Shown: positions 36,951 through 46,538 of the stretch, piece after piece
How positions within the stretch are numbered: the first letter of the stretch is position 1
How the letters are laid out: every line of letters begins with the position of its first letter
NCBI GenBank assembly: GCA_038893995.1
Contig: JAWAQK010000015.1
Span: 1 to 47,586, forward strand
DNA length: 47,586 nucleotides
Reading direction: 5' to 3'
Source: Candidatus Thorarchaeota archaeon
GTDB lineage: Archaea; Asgardarchaeota; Thorarchaeia; Thorarchaeales; Thorarchaeaceae
The notes under the pieces: model-generated
What the model was told of the DNA's origin: nothing
The model's database searches: none
Seen by the model: only the letters and a program-made list of their open reading frames with translations
Made by a program: the position numbers and the translations under genes

Positions 36951-37124
36951 ATGAGTGTAGAGAGGGAACAGAAGTCGAAGAAGCGGAAGATGTACGGCAA
37001 GGGGAGCAGAGTCTGCGTGCGCTGCGGGACGCATCAGGCTATCATCCGCTCTCACGGTCTCAACATGTGCCGTAGATGCTTCAGGGAAACCGCCAGCCGA
37101 ATGGGCTTCAAGAAGTATAACTGA
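36951..37124 (+). CDS. rps14: 30S ribosomal protein uS14 (zinc-binding)
   Basis: Read by hand: ...[11 protein letters not shown]...CRRCFRE...GFKKYN. Confidence 0.96.
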   Translation: MSVEREQKSKKRKMYGKGSRVCVRCGTHQAIIRSHGLNMCRRCFRETASRMGFKKYN

Positions 37125-37138
37125 GGAGGTCTGAAGAC

Positions 37139-37531
37139 TTGACACTGCTTGATCCACTGGGAAACATGCTGTCAACAATATACAACAACGAAATAATAGG
37201 CAGGTCAGAGGTCATAGTCGCACCAGCATCAAAGCTGATCGAACGAGTCCTGAGAGTGATGCAGAGGAAGGGGTACATCGGCGAGTTTGAGAGAATCGAC
37301 GACGGCAGGGCTGGAAGGTTTCGGATCCAGCTGATGGGCAGAACAAACAAGTGTGGCGCAATCCGACCCCGATATCCCGTAAGGCATGATGCTTACGAGA
37401 AGTTTGAGAAGAGGTATCTTCCCGCCTACAACTATGGGGTACTCATAGTCACTACTCCAGAGGGAGTCATGAGCCACGACGAGGCAAAGGCGAAGGGTCT
37501 CGGGGGAAGGCTTCTTGCATATGTCTATTGA
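37139..37531 (+). CDS. rps8: 30S ribosomal protein uS8
   Basis: [29 protein letters not shown]. Confidence 0.98.
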   Translation: MTLLDPLGNMLSTIYNNEIIGRSEVIVAPASKLIERVLRVMQRKGYIGEFERIDDGRAGRFRIQLMGRTNKCGAIRPRYPVRHDAYEKFEKRYLPAYNYGVLIVTTPEGVMSHDEAKAKGLGGRLLAYVY

Positions 37532-37541
37532 GGTGGTCAGA

Positions 37542-38108
37542 ATGAGTACTATTCGCTCGGTCTTTCAACAACAAATCGAGATACCTCAAGGCTGTACTGT
37601 GAAGGTCGAGGACAGGACAGTGACGGTCAGTGGACCAAAGGGCACCCTCAGCAGGACATTTCCTGAACGATTCCTCACGATTGCAGTTCAGAACGGAGAA
37701 CTCACTGCATCTACGGATTTGCGAAGGAAGAGGGCTCGAGCCATGGTGGGCACAGTCATTGCACATGTAAGAAACATGTTCAGGGGGGTACTCCATGGCT
37801 ACACATACGAGTTGAAGGTCGTATACTCTCATTTCCCCATGTCAATTGAGCACAAGGGCAATGAGATCATCATAAAGAACTTCATTGGAGAGAGAGGAGT
37901 AAGAAAGGCTCGAGTCTACGACGATATCAAGCTCCAGATACGTGAGGACGAAATCATAATCACTGGAATTGACTTGGAGCACGTATCGCAGAGCGCAGCC
38001 AACATACAACAATCACTGAGGCTTCGCGGAAAGGACAGGAGAGTATTCATGGACGGGGTCTATGTCATCCGCAAGCGCTGTGGTGACCAGGTCACATCGG
38101 TGGTATAG
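37542..38108 (+). CDS. rpl6: 50S ribosomal protein uL6
   Basis: GPKG, YSHFP, NFIGE, KDRRVFMDGVY; start at ATG 37542. Confidence 0.97.
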   Translation: MSTIRSVFQQQIEIPQGCTVKVEDRTVTVSGPKGTLSRTFPERFLTIAVQNGELTASTDLRRKRARAMVGTVIAHVRNMFRGVLHGYTYELKVVYSHFPMSIEHKGNEIIIKNFIGERGVRKARVYDDIKLQIREDEIIITGIDLEHVSQSAANIQQSLRLRGKDRRVFMDGVYVIRKRCGDQVTSVV

Positions 38109-38120
38109 GAGGTCGAGTAG

Positions 38121-38975
38121 ATGTCAGAAAAGCCAAAGACAACCAGACGAAAGACAAGAGGCGAAGAGAAGGCCAAGCCAGAGGAGACAGAGTCTATCAC
38201 ACCCAAGACCAAGAGAAAGACCCCTACAGAGGAGAGCGGAGAGGGGACCAGAACCACTACTACCAGAAGGAAGACACCAAGACAGAGAGAAGAATCCGTA
38301 ACCGATCAGCCGCAGGTCCCCCAGGAGCCTGTAGAAACAGGAAAGGAACTGGTGATGGCTGAGGCAAAGCCAGCCACACGAAGATCCAAGAAGAGCGATA
38401 CCAAGACGGCAATATCTGAGAAGCCTGCAACAACAGAGAAGAAGACCAGCACCACAACCACACGGACGAAGGTAAAGAAAGTAGTAACTGAGCCACCGAA
38501 GGTTGTCAAGCCAGAGATACTCACCAGAGAGGAGATCAGAAAGAGCAGACTGATGAGAATCGCCGAGGAGATGAAGAAGAGACAACCAGACTTCAGGCGC
38601 GACCAGGCTCATCGCTGGAAACGGCTCAGCGACTCTTGGAGAAAGGTCCGTGGAAATGACAATGATGCACGTAGGCGATGCCGTGGACATATAGCGCTCG
38701 TCGCTGTGGGATATCGGAAGCCTGCTGCAATCAGAGGCATTCATCCCTCGGGATATCGAGAGATTCTAGTACATCATGCATCGGAGATTGAGGGACTTGA
38801 TCCGAAGATCCATGCCATTCGCATCGCAGGCACAATGGGCAGCAGAAAGAGAACGCAGTTAGTAAGGGCTGCTGAAACTGCAGGCCTTAGAGTGCTTAAT
38901 CTGAACGTTCCCAAGTCTACAACCGAAGGAGAACTGTTCTCAGAACTGGAGGGCATGGAAGAGCTGGAGGAGTGA
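38121..38975 (+). CDS. rpl32e: 50S ribosomal protein eL32 with a ~140-aa low-complexity N-terminal extension
   Basis: C-half FRRDQ...WRKVRG...GYR.P..RGIHPSG. Confidence 0.93.
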   Translation: MSEKPKTTRRKTRGEEKAKPEETESITPKTKRKTPTEESGEGTRTTTTRRKTPRQREESVTDQPQVPQEPVETGKELVMAEAKPATRRSKKSDTKTAISEKPATTEKKTSTTTTRTKVKKVVTEPPKVVKPEILTREEIRKSRLMRIAEEMKKRQPDFRRDQAHRWKRLSDSWRKVRGNDNDARRRCRGHIALVAVGYRKPAAIRGIHPSGYREILVHHASEIEGLDPKIHAIRIAGTMGSRKRTQLVRAAETAGLRVLNLNVPKSTTEGELFSELEGMEELEE

Positions 38976-38979
38976 TACA

Positions 38980-39432
38980 GTGAAGCTCAATGTGCAGAAA
39001 AGACTGGCCGCACAGGTAATGAAGACGGGTAAGTCGAGAGTATGGATTGACCCACAGTTCCAGGACGATGTGTCGTTAGCCATAACCAAGAATGACATCA
39101 GGCGACTAGTCGACGAAGGAGCAATACAATCGAAGCAGAAGAGAGGAGTGAGTCGTGGTAGAGCTCGCTTTATTGCGGCACAGAGGCGAAAGGGCCAGCG
39201 AAGAGGACCAGGTAGTAAGAAAGGTAGAGCCAATGCGGTCCTAACAGGTAAGATGAGATGGGCCTTGAAGGTCCGACCAATGCGTCGCGAGCTTCGACGA
39301 CTGAGGGACGAGGGGAGGATCACAAGTCGCGTGTACAGGCAGCTCTACATGAAGGTAAAGGGTAATGCATTCAGAAACACAGGACATCTGAGAAGCTACA
39401 TTGCCGACAATAAGCTGGAGGTTTCACGCTGA
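38980..39432 (+). CDS. rpl19e: 50S ribosomal protein eL19
   Basis: QKRLAA, RVWIDP, RRGPGSKKG, YMKVKGNAF. Confidence 0.97.
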   Translation: MKLNVQKRLAAQVMKTGKSRVWIDPQFQDDVSLAITKNDIRRLVDEGAIQSKQKRGVSRGRARFIAAQRRKGQRRGPGSKKGRANAVLTGKMRWALKVRPMRRELRRLRDEGRITSRVYRQLYMKVKGNAFRNTGHLRSYIADNKLEVSR

Positions 39433-40199
39433 TGGCTCAAGGACCAACGTACAGGACCAAGTTTAGGAGAAGAAGAGAGGGCAAGACCAATTATTACAGA
39501 CGCCGCCGACTCCTCCAGTCGAGAAGGACTCGACTTGTAGTCCGTAAGTCAAATACCAAATACACAGTGCAGTTCGTCAATGCCCTTGTCAATGGCGATG
39601 AAACTGTCGCATCTGCAGTATCGACTCAACTTCGCGGACTTGGTTGGGAGTTCGGAACGGGTAATCAGTGTGCTGCATATCTGACAGGTCTCCTGGCGGG
39701 CCGTAGGGCCATCGCTAGGGGAGTGACCAATGCAGTCCTTGATATCGGGCGAAATCTACCTGTAAAGGGGTCAGGAGTATATGCTGCACTGAAAGGTGTA
39801 GTTGACGCTGGAGTAGACGTGCCTCACTCCGAGGAAGTCTTCCCTGACGAGAGCAGGATCAGAGGGGAACACATTGTGAGAGCCATCGAATACTACTCAG
39901 CGAATGACCCAAAGGGGACAATGTTCTCGACGTTCGACAAGAAGTCCGCAAAGAACATTCCAAAGCAATTTGAGTCGACGAAGAAGAAGATAGCCAATCT
40001 ATCGGATGAGGAACTCCTCAGGAAGATACCAACAGGCGCAGTGTCCCTCCGAACTGAGAGAAAGGCCGAAACCAGGCCTGCTGGTGAGAAACCAAAGATC
40101 GTTGTTACCAGGGCCGTACCCCGAAAGCCCAAGCCCAAGAGGCTTGTATCAAAGTCAAAACGGACCAAGAAGAAGAGTTCAAGGAGTGAAGAACAATGA
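39432..40199 (+). CDS. rpl18: 50S ribosomal protein uL18 with a basic C-terminal extension
   Basis: RRRREGKTNY, AAYLTGLL, LKGVVDAG, RIRGEHI. Confidence 0.97.
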   Translation: MAQGPTYRTKFRRRREGKTNYYRRRRLLQSRRTRLVVRKSNTKYTVQFVNALVNGDETVASAVSTQLRGLGWEFGTGNQCAAYLTGLLAGRRAIARGVTNAVLDIGRNLPVKGSGVYAALKGVVDAGVDVPHSEEVFPDESRIRGEHIVRAIEYYSANDPKGTMFSTFDKKSAKNIPKQFESTKKKIANLSDEELLRKIPTGAVSLRTERKAETRPAGEKPKIVVTRAVPRKPKPKRLVSKSKRTKKKSSRSEEQ

Positions 40200-40897
40200 G
40201 TAGGGAGGACAGACGACGGAGAGAACCCCACATCGAGGAGGAACCAGTTGAGGAATGGGTTCCCAAGACCAAACTGGGGCGGATGATAAAGGACGGTCTG
40301 ATAAACAGCATTGAAGAGATCATCCAGCAGAACCTCCGAATTCGTGAGCCCGAGATCGTCGACATGCTCATTCCCGACCTCAAGCAAGAGGTGGTTGACG
40401 TGAAGATGGTACAGAAACAGTCCGACGCTGGCGAGCTGAAGAGCTTTCGGATCACAGTCATTGTCGGCAATGGGGCAGGAGTCGTCGGGATCGGTGTTGG
40501 TAAGGCAGCCGAGTTCGTGCCTGCAGTGAGGGCTGCAGAGAGTAGGGCAAAGCTCAACACTACAGTTTACCGACGCGGATGTGGATCGTGGGAGTGCAGA
40601 TGCAATGAACCCCACAGTATTCCGTTCCAGGTCAGGGGGCAGTCAGGTTCTGTCAGTGTCATACTGAAGCCAGCACCCAGAGGAACAGGTATCGTCACTT
40701 CAGACGTCGGCAAGGTCGTGCTCAGGATTGCGGGTATGAAGGATGTCTGGTCCATTGTGAAGGGCAGGTCACGTACGTCATCGAATTTCGCTAAGGCCGT
40801 TGTTGATGCCCTGGCGAAGACCTATAGAATGCTGCCTCCACAGGAATGGTCAACAATTGCCCCGTCATCACCAACAATAGGAGAGTTTCAATCATGA
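40196..40897 (+). CDS. rps5: 30S ribosomal protein uS5
   Basis: WVPKTKLG, RRGCGSWEC, PAPRGTG. Confidence 0.98.
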   Translation: MSREDRRRREPHIEEEPVEEWVPKTKLGRMIKDGLINSIEEIIQQNLRIREPEIVDMLIPDLKQEVVDVKMVQKQSDAGELKSFRITVIVGNGAGVVGIGVGKAAEFVPAVRAAESRAKLNTTVYRRGCGSWECRCNEPHSIPFQVRGQSGSVSVILKPAPRGTGIVTSDVGKVVLRIAGMKDVWSIVKGRSRTSSNFAKAVVDALAKTYRMLPPQEWSTIAPSSPTIGEFQS

Positions 40898-41379
40898 GTG
40901 CCTCCAAGGAGCCAGTAGTTCTAGCCATCCGGGTACGGGGTCTTCCGAAGGTGAGACCCGAGATCGAGGATACGCTCGAGAAGCTCAAGTTGAACAGGCT
41001 ACACATGGCTAGAGTCATAAAGATGACTCCAAGCCTACGAGGAATGATACAACACGCGAAGGACTACATCACCTGGGGAGAGATAGATGAGGAAACGGCG
41101 ACTCTGCTTCTGAGCAAGCGAGGACGCATAACAGGCAACAGACGACTCACTGACGACTATGTGAGGAAGAACTCCGGATACAAGAGCATACAGGCATTTG
41201 CAAAGGCCCTCGTCAAGGGAGACGCCAGAACATCCGATGTTCAGGGTCTGAAGCCAGTCTTTCGACTGACACCCCCTGCTGGAGGGTTCAAGGGAATAAG
41301 ACGGCTACCAGTGACCGTGGGTGGCATCACCGGTTACAGAGGACCAAACATAAATGAACTTGCGAAGAAGATGATATAG
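40894..41379 (+). CDS. rpl30: 50S ribosomal protein uL30
   Basis: AIRVRG, KDYITWGE, FRLTPP..GF, GYRG..INEL; start at ATG 40894. Confidence 0.96.
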   Translation: MSASKEPVVLAIRVRGLPKVRPEIEDTLEKLKLNRLHMARVIKMTPSLRGMIQHAKDYITWGEIDEETATLLLSKRGRITGNRRLTDDYVRKNSGYKSIQAFAKALVKGDARTSDVQGLKPVFRLTPPAGGFKGIRRLPVTVGGITGYRGPNINELAKKMI

Positions 41380-41394
41380 AGAAGGTGAGAGAAA

Positions 41395-41946
41395 ATGCCT
41401 TGGGATTACGACGATGACCACGATGATGAGTTCAATAGGGAATTCAGGAAATGGGCTGGAGATTTCATTCCAGAGGAGTTCTTCAGGCAGATCGAGGAGA
41501 TGATGAGGAGAATCCAGGAAGAGATAGGTCAGGGCCGCGCCCTCGACATGGACTCGATCAAGAGAATGATGGAGGACCCACATGGACTGAATCCATTTGT
41601 GTTTGGCTTCTCGATAAGAGTTGGACCCGACGGAAAACCAATAATACAGCGGTTCGGGAGTCGACCGCCTGCAATCACGGGAGAAACGCCAAGATCACAT
41701 GTGATTGAGCCTCTAGTGGATGTGATCGAGGAGCCCGAAGAGGTCATCGTCGTGGCAGAGCTGCCAGGGGTCGAGAAAGATCAGATAAAGGTCAGAATAA
41801 AAGGCAAGAAGCTGATCATCGACGTTGACAACCCTCATAGGCCTTACCACAAACAGATAGATCTTCCAGCAGACGTCAAGAAAGACGAATCCAGGTCTTC
41901 ACTCAGGAACGGAGTCCTTGAGGTACGACTGAAGAAGGAGCGATAG
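41395..41946 (+). CDS. hsp20: Archaeal small heat shock protein Hsp20
   Basis: PFVFGFSIRVGPDGKPII, EPLVDVIE, AELPGVEK, NGVLEV. Confidence 0.93.
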   Translation: MPWDYDDDHDDEFNREFRKWAGDFIPEEFFRQIEEMMRRIQEEIGQGRALDMDSIKRMMEDPHGLNPFVFGFSIRVGPDGKPIIQRFGSRPPAITGETPRSHVIEPLVDVIEEPEEVIVVAELPGVEKDQIKVRIKGKKLIIDVDNPHRPYHKQIDLPADVKKDESRSSLRNGVLEVRLKKER

Positions 41947-41965
41947 TAACGAGAGGTGTTATCAG

Positions 41966-42418
41966 TTGCAGAGAATGCATAAGCGGATCAGGAAGATGAG
42001 GGGAAGAAGAGAATCGGGCTATGGTTCAGCGAAGGGCCATAGGGCAGCCGGTCAGAGAGGCGGAAGGGGCAACGCGGGAAGCGAGAAACACCTTAAGATG
42101 AAGTACCTTAAGGCGAATCCTAGGTATTTTGGTAAATGGGGTTTCAAACCACTCCAACGCAACATCACAAACGTTGAGACTATGAATGTTGGAGAGCTCG
42201 ACTCGCTGTTGCCGCGCCTGCTGGAGAGGGGCATTGCAACCAAGGATGGAGATCGGTACGCTGTGGACGTATCGAAACTGTCCATCGACAAGATCCTAGG
42301 TGGAGGCAGAGTCACACACGCACTTGACCTGAAGGGAGTCAAGGCGGTCAGCGGTAGTGCCCGAGAGAAGATCCTCTCAGCCGGGGGAACTATTGACGTG
42401 CCTGCCTCTGCGGAATAG
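41966..42418 (+). CDS. rpl15: 50S ribosomal protein uL15
   Basis: GQRGGRGNAG, YFGKWGF, KILGGG, KILSAGG. Confidence 0.96.
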   Translation: MQRMHKRIRKMRGRRESGYGSAKGHRAAGQRGGRGNAGSEKHLKMKYLKANPRYFGKWGFKPLQRNITNVETMNVGELDSLLPRLLERGIATKDGDRYAVDVSKLSIDKILGGGRVTHALDLKGVKAVSGSAREKILSAGGTIDVPASAE

Positions 42419-42585
42419 GTCATTGACGACGACCATAACGTCCCCAGGAAGATGGCTGCCCACCCGGTGAGTCTGTCGCGATACGAGACTGGTCATGACT
42501 GGACGGAATCGCAAGGAGCACCACTATCTTTAAAGGTGGGGCCTAGGAGCCATGCAGGAAATCACCTACACGGAGATCGTAGGCA

Positions 42586-44121
42586 TTGCCTTCAAGATTC
42601 CTCAGAGCCCTATCCCCGTTCGTCAGGATCATGCCAATGGTCAAGAGCCCTGACAGAAAAGTACCTTTCCGAGAGAAGGCCATCTGGACAATACTTGTAC
42701 TCATTGTCTTCCTGGTAATGTCACACATGCCACTCTACGGAGTAGATCCATCTGTAGGAACTGACTATCTGTGGGCGCTGCGAGTCATACTAGCCAGCAG
42801 CCGAGGAACTCTCATGGAACTTGGAATAGGGCCCATTGTCACGGCTGGTCTAGTGATGCAGCTCCTATCGGGATCAAAGATAATCAATGTAGACTTCAGC
42901 GACCCCGACGACAGGGCAATGTTCACAGGGGCTCAGAAGGTCCTGGCAATGTTCATGACCGCGTTCCAGGCAATTGCGTATATCGTTGGAAAGGCATACG
43001 GAGACCTGAACCTAAACCAGTCAGTCGCGGTCTTTGCCCAGCTGATGATCGCAGGAGTAGTAGTCATTCTGATGGATGAACTAGTCCAGAAAGGATGGGG
43101 ACTCGGATCCGGAGTATCCCTGTTCATCATGACTAACGTTGCTGGTCAGGTCATCTTCAGCATGTTCAACACGATTGACACTGAGAGTGGTTACTTCACA
43201 TATGGAAACACACAGGTCCCCTCAGCACCCGACGGGTATCCAACCTTTCCGAGCACCTACCTCCCAAAGGGGATCATCGCTGCAATGGTAGCCAACCTTC
43301 TGAGACTGTTAAACCCGGGACAGTATCCGCCGGTAGATCTCGGATGGCTACTGTTCAGGAATGGGAACGATCCAAGCATCTTCGGACTGATCATAACCTT
43401 CGCAATATTCCTGGCGGTGTTGGTCATGGAGAGCATGCGTGTTGAGGTGCCGCTACAATATGCCAAATACAGAGGAGTGAAGGCAAAGTATCCAATCAAG
43501 CTGCTCTACACATCTAACATACCAGTGATCTTGACGCAGGCTCTGTATGCGAACATACTCTTCTTCAGCCAGATAATATTCACAAACTTCAACCCCGAAG
43601 GAAAGAATGTATTCCTTAACTGGCTCGGAACATTCACGAAGCCCAGTGGGAGTACCCAGATGGTTGCAAACCCAGGTACTCTCGCAAGATATGTGACTCC
43701 GCCTCGAGGCCTCTTCAGCGTGTTATATGAACCAGACGGATGGCTCCACGTGATACTCTATGCAGTCATCACTGTATTGCTGTGTTGGGGCTTCAGTCGC
43801 ATATGGATCGACATATCTGGCATCGCACCGCGTGACGTGTCCCGTCAGCTCCTAAACTCGGGGTACATAGTGCCGGGCTTCAGGCGAAGCGAGAAGGTAC
43901 TTGAACGTCTGCTCGAGCGATATATTCCAGTCGTGGCCGGCCTCGGTGGTCTTATGATAGGAATCCTTGCTGCCGTCGCAGATGTCCTCGGAGCGCTCGC
44001 CAGCGGTACGGGAATACTGCTCATGGTTTCCATAATCAAGCAGTACTACGAAACCATTGCCAAGGCTCAACTCGCCGAGGCAGGCGGTGAGGGAATTGCA
44101 GGACTGTTGGGAATCACATGA
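42586..44121 (+). CDS. secY: Protein translocase subunit SecY (Sec61-alpha)
   Basis: GTLMELGIGPIVTAG, GWGLGSGVSLFI, YPIKLLYTSNIPVI, PGFR, GTGILL. Confidence 0.98.
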   Translation: MPSRFLRALSPFVRIMPMVKSPDRKVPFREKAIWTILVLIVFLVMSHMPLYGVDPSVGTDYLWALRVILASSRGTLMELGIGPIVTAGLVMQLLSGSKIINVDFSDPDDRAMFTGAQKVLAMFMTAFQAIAYIVGKAYGDLNLNQSVAVFAQLMIAGVVVILMDELVQKGWGLGSGVSLFIMTNVAGQVIFSMFNTIDTESGYFTYGNTQVPSAPDGYPTFPSTYLPKGIIAAMVANLLRLLNPGQYPPVDLGWLLFRNGNDPSIFGLIITFAIFLAVLVMESMRVEVPLQYAKYRGVKAKYPIKLLYTSNIPVILTQALYANILFFSQIIFTNFNPEGKNVFLNWLGTFTKPSGSTQMVANPGTLARYVTPPRGLFSVLYEPDGWLHVILYAVITVLLCWGFSRIWIDISGIAPRDVSRQLLNSGYIVPGFRRSEKVLERLLERYIPVVAGLGGLMIGILAAVADVLGALASGTGILLMVSIIKQYYETIAKAQLAEAGGEGIAGLLGIT

Positions 44122-44346
44122 GTGACCTCGATATTCATCGAGTCAAAGGCTCAGAAGGTGCCATTGATCCCTGCATGCCAGCAAACAGACACATGCCACG
44201 TTTTCCCTGAGCCCAGTTCAGTCGTTGGAATGGTAGTGATACGGGACGACGATCGCATTGTCATCGTCGTTTGAGCACAGAGATCAAATGTGCAGAAGCT
44301 ATATAACGAGGACACTCAGCGACACCATACCGGCTGGTGAAACGCT

Positions 44347-44934
44347 ATGAGTGATGACAGCAGGGTTGTGATAGTGACCGGGATTCCCGGTGTCGGGAAG
44401 ACAACCGTGATAGACTTCGCAGTGAAGAAGGCAAAGAAGGACCATCACCAGGACATCCTAGTATTGAATTTCGGAACTGCCATGTTCGAGCTGGCCTCAA
44501 AGAGGGGAGTCAAGGATCGCGACGAGATGAGAAGACTGCCAACTTCAGCGCAGAGAAAACTCCAGGAGGCCGCAGGGAAGAAGATCGCGAATATGGCCAA
44601 GACGTCCAGAGTCATAGTGGACACACACACACTCATCCAGACTGGAAATGGCTACCTCATCGGACTTCCTGAATGGGTCGTGAGGGCGTTGAAGCCCAAG
44701 ACGATCGTGCTGGTTGAGTCAGATCCAAAAGACATAGCGTCCAGAAGGTCAAACGACGCCTCTAGGAAAAGGGACGAACAGGTGATCGAGGATATCGAGA
44801 CCCACCAGCAGATGTGCAGGGCAGCAGCCGTAGCAGCGGCCACCCTCGTGGGAGCCACTGTGAAGATAGTCAAGAACCTTGAGGGACAAGCGGAGGCTGC
44901 TGGCAACGAACTGTGCAACACACTGATGGAGTAG
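44347..44934 (+). CDS. adkA: Archaeal adenylate kinase
   Basis: TGIPGVGKTT, NFG, RDEMRRL, VDTH, GLP; TATATAA at 44300-44306. Confidence 0.96.
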   Translation: MSDDSRVVIVTGIPGVGKTTVIDFAVKKAKKDHHQDILVLNFGTAMFELASKRGVKDRDEMRRLPTSAQRKLQEAAGKKIANMAKTSRVIVDTHTLIQTGNGYLIGLPEWVVRALKPKTIVLVESDPKDIASRRSNDASRKRDEQVIEDIETHQQMCRAAAVAAATLVGATVKIVKNLEGQAEAAGNELCNTLME

Positions 44935-44940
44935 AGAGCG

Positions 44941-45492
44941 ATGCAAACTCCCCTTCTTGACTTCATTCTCGAGTGGGCGTCCCACCCCCCAGGGTCTGCA
45001 GTTGTCATACTTTTTGTGTCCATGACCATAACCATCATGAGCAATCTTGCTACAAAGAGGTTTACTGACGTACCACGCATGAAGAGATACAGCGACGAGA
45101 TCAAGGCATACCAAGAGCTCTCCAAGCAGGCTAACAAGACTCAGAACGAGAAACTTCTGAGGAAGGTCAGAAGGAGAAAGGCCTACATCGACAGGATACA
45201 GAAGGAGATGTTCACATCAAGATGCAAACCACTTGCATTCTTCTTCATCCCATTCATGGCCATATTCTATTCGCTGAGCGGGTTCTACACAGATCATGTT
45301 GGCGGCGTCAATATACCTAGAGTTGTTGCTGTCGTGCCCTTCAGTGTCCATAAGTTGCTACCTTTCCTCGATGGATTCATAGGCACAGCTGTGGACGGTG
45401 GTTTTGGACTCTACTTCTTCGGGTTCTATGCATTAGTCGGTCTGGGCCTCGGGCAGATAATTCAGCGTATGCAGGGAATCAGAATGACATGA
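44941..45492 (+). CDS. EMC3/TMCO1 (DUF106, Oxa1-superfamily) membrane insertase
   Basis: TM, cytosolic coiled coil, KP, TM, TM architecture; conserved position after adk. Confidence 0.88.
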   Translation: MQTPLLDFILEWASHPPGSAVVILFVSMTITIMSNLATKRFTDVPRMKRYSDEIKAYQELSKQANKTQNEKLLRKVRRRKAYIDRIQKEMFTSRCKPLAFFFIPFMAIFYSLSGFYTDHVGGVNIPRVVAVVPFSVHKLLPFLDGFIGTAVDGGFGLYFFGFYALVGLGLGQIIQRMQGIRMT

Positions 45493-45575
45493 CTATCTGA
45501 GTGACTCACATATCACCACTCACCTTAAAAGAAGAGCCAAGCGAAATCTTGCAGGTTCCTGGAGGTATAGAAACC

Positions 45576-45845
45576 ATGCCAAGACCGGGTATGTTAACAA
45601 GGTCGAGGGTAAACAGACTGGTGAGAACGCCAGGTAGACGACTTGTCATGCACAGACGAAAGGTATACAGATGTAGGGGTACCTGCGGACTCACTGGAAG
45701 GCCCATGTCCCTCAAGAAGGGCGCCAGGCAGGACAACAGCACACGCTCAAGCCGATCAGCCAAGAGGCCAAATAGACCATATGGAGGATGTGCCACATCC
45801 GGTGCGGTCAGGCGTGTGATCATCCAGAGGGTCAGAGAACTGTAG
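45576..45845 (+). CDS. rpl34e: 50S ribosomal protein eL34
   Basis: MPRP...RTPG...KRPNRPYGG; GGAGGT SD; start moved to the ATG at 45576. Confidence 0.92.
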   Translation: MPRPGMLTRSRVNRLVRTPGRRLVMHRRKVYRCRGTCGLTGRPMSLKKGARQDNSTRSSRSAKRPNRPYGGCATSGAVRRVIIQRVREL

Positions 45846-45846
45846 T

Positions 45847-46386
45847 ATGCACCTACTGGTGACTATCTCCGGTCCTCATGGCACTGGAAAGAGCTCTGTG
45901 GCCAGAATGCTCTCTGAGAGACTGGGACTTAGGTATGTTTCGGCGGGAGAGTTGTTCAGGCGGCTTGCTGCAGAGCGAAAGATGTCCCTCGAAGACTTCA
46001 GTAGAGTCGCGGAGCAAGACGATAAGATAGACAGAGCGCTAGACGAGGGACTACGAGAGGAGGCAGCCAGGGGGGATGCCGTAATAGATGCCCAGCTGGG
46101 GGCCTGGATGGCCGAAGGTTATGCAGACATCAACATCTTGTTGACGGCACCACTCGAGGTTCGAGTCAGACGGATAGCAATGAGAGACGGAACCGACTAC
46201 CACAGGGCATATGCTGAAACCATCTCGAGAGAGAACAGTGAGAGAGAGAGGTACCGGCGCTACTATGGAATAGACCTTCGGGACATGTCAAGATATGACC
46301 TGATCCTGAATACCGGAAAGTACGACTTGGACGCAGTAGTCGACATAGTGACGCTTGCAATCAAGAGGTATGTCAAGCCTATGTGA
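45847..46386 (+). CDS. cmk: Archaeal cytidylate kinase
   Basis: ISGPHGTGKS, SAGELFR, RY..YYGID, YDLILNT. Confidence 0.95.
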   Translation: MHLLVTISGPHGTGKSSVARMLSERLGLRYVSAGELFRRLAAERKMSLEDFSRVAEQDDKIDRALDEGLREEAARGDAVIDAQLGAWMAEGYADINILLTAPLEVRVRRIAMRDGTDYHRAYAETISRENSERERYRRYYGIDLRDMSRYDLILNTGKYDLDAVVDIVTLAIKRYVKPM

Positions 46387-46538
46387 GGTCGCTCGGTCGG
46401 CAAGTCCATGACGTCGATGTCAACGACACTGACAGGAGAGATACAAAGACACTCCTCCAACTGACTGGTACTGCATGAAAACAGTGGGTCTCGAAGTGAA
46501 TCAGAGCGGAAGGCTCTTATTGAATTCGTGGGGACTGA

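Noticed and set aside
38124-38744. 206-aa antisense ORF (likewise 39893-40615, 23026-23643 and other shadow ORFs)
   Set aside because: Antisense shadows of clearly identified genes with biased composition
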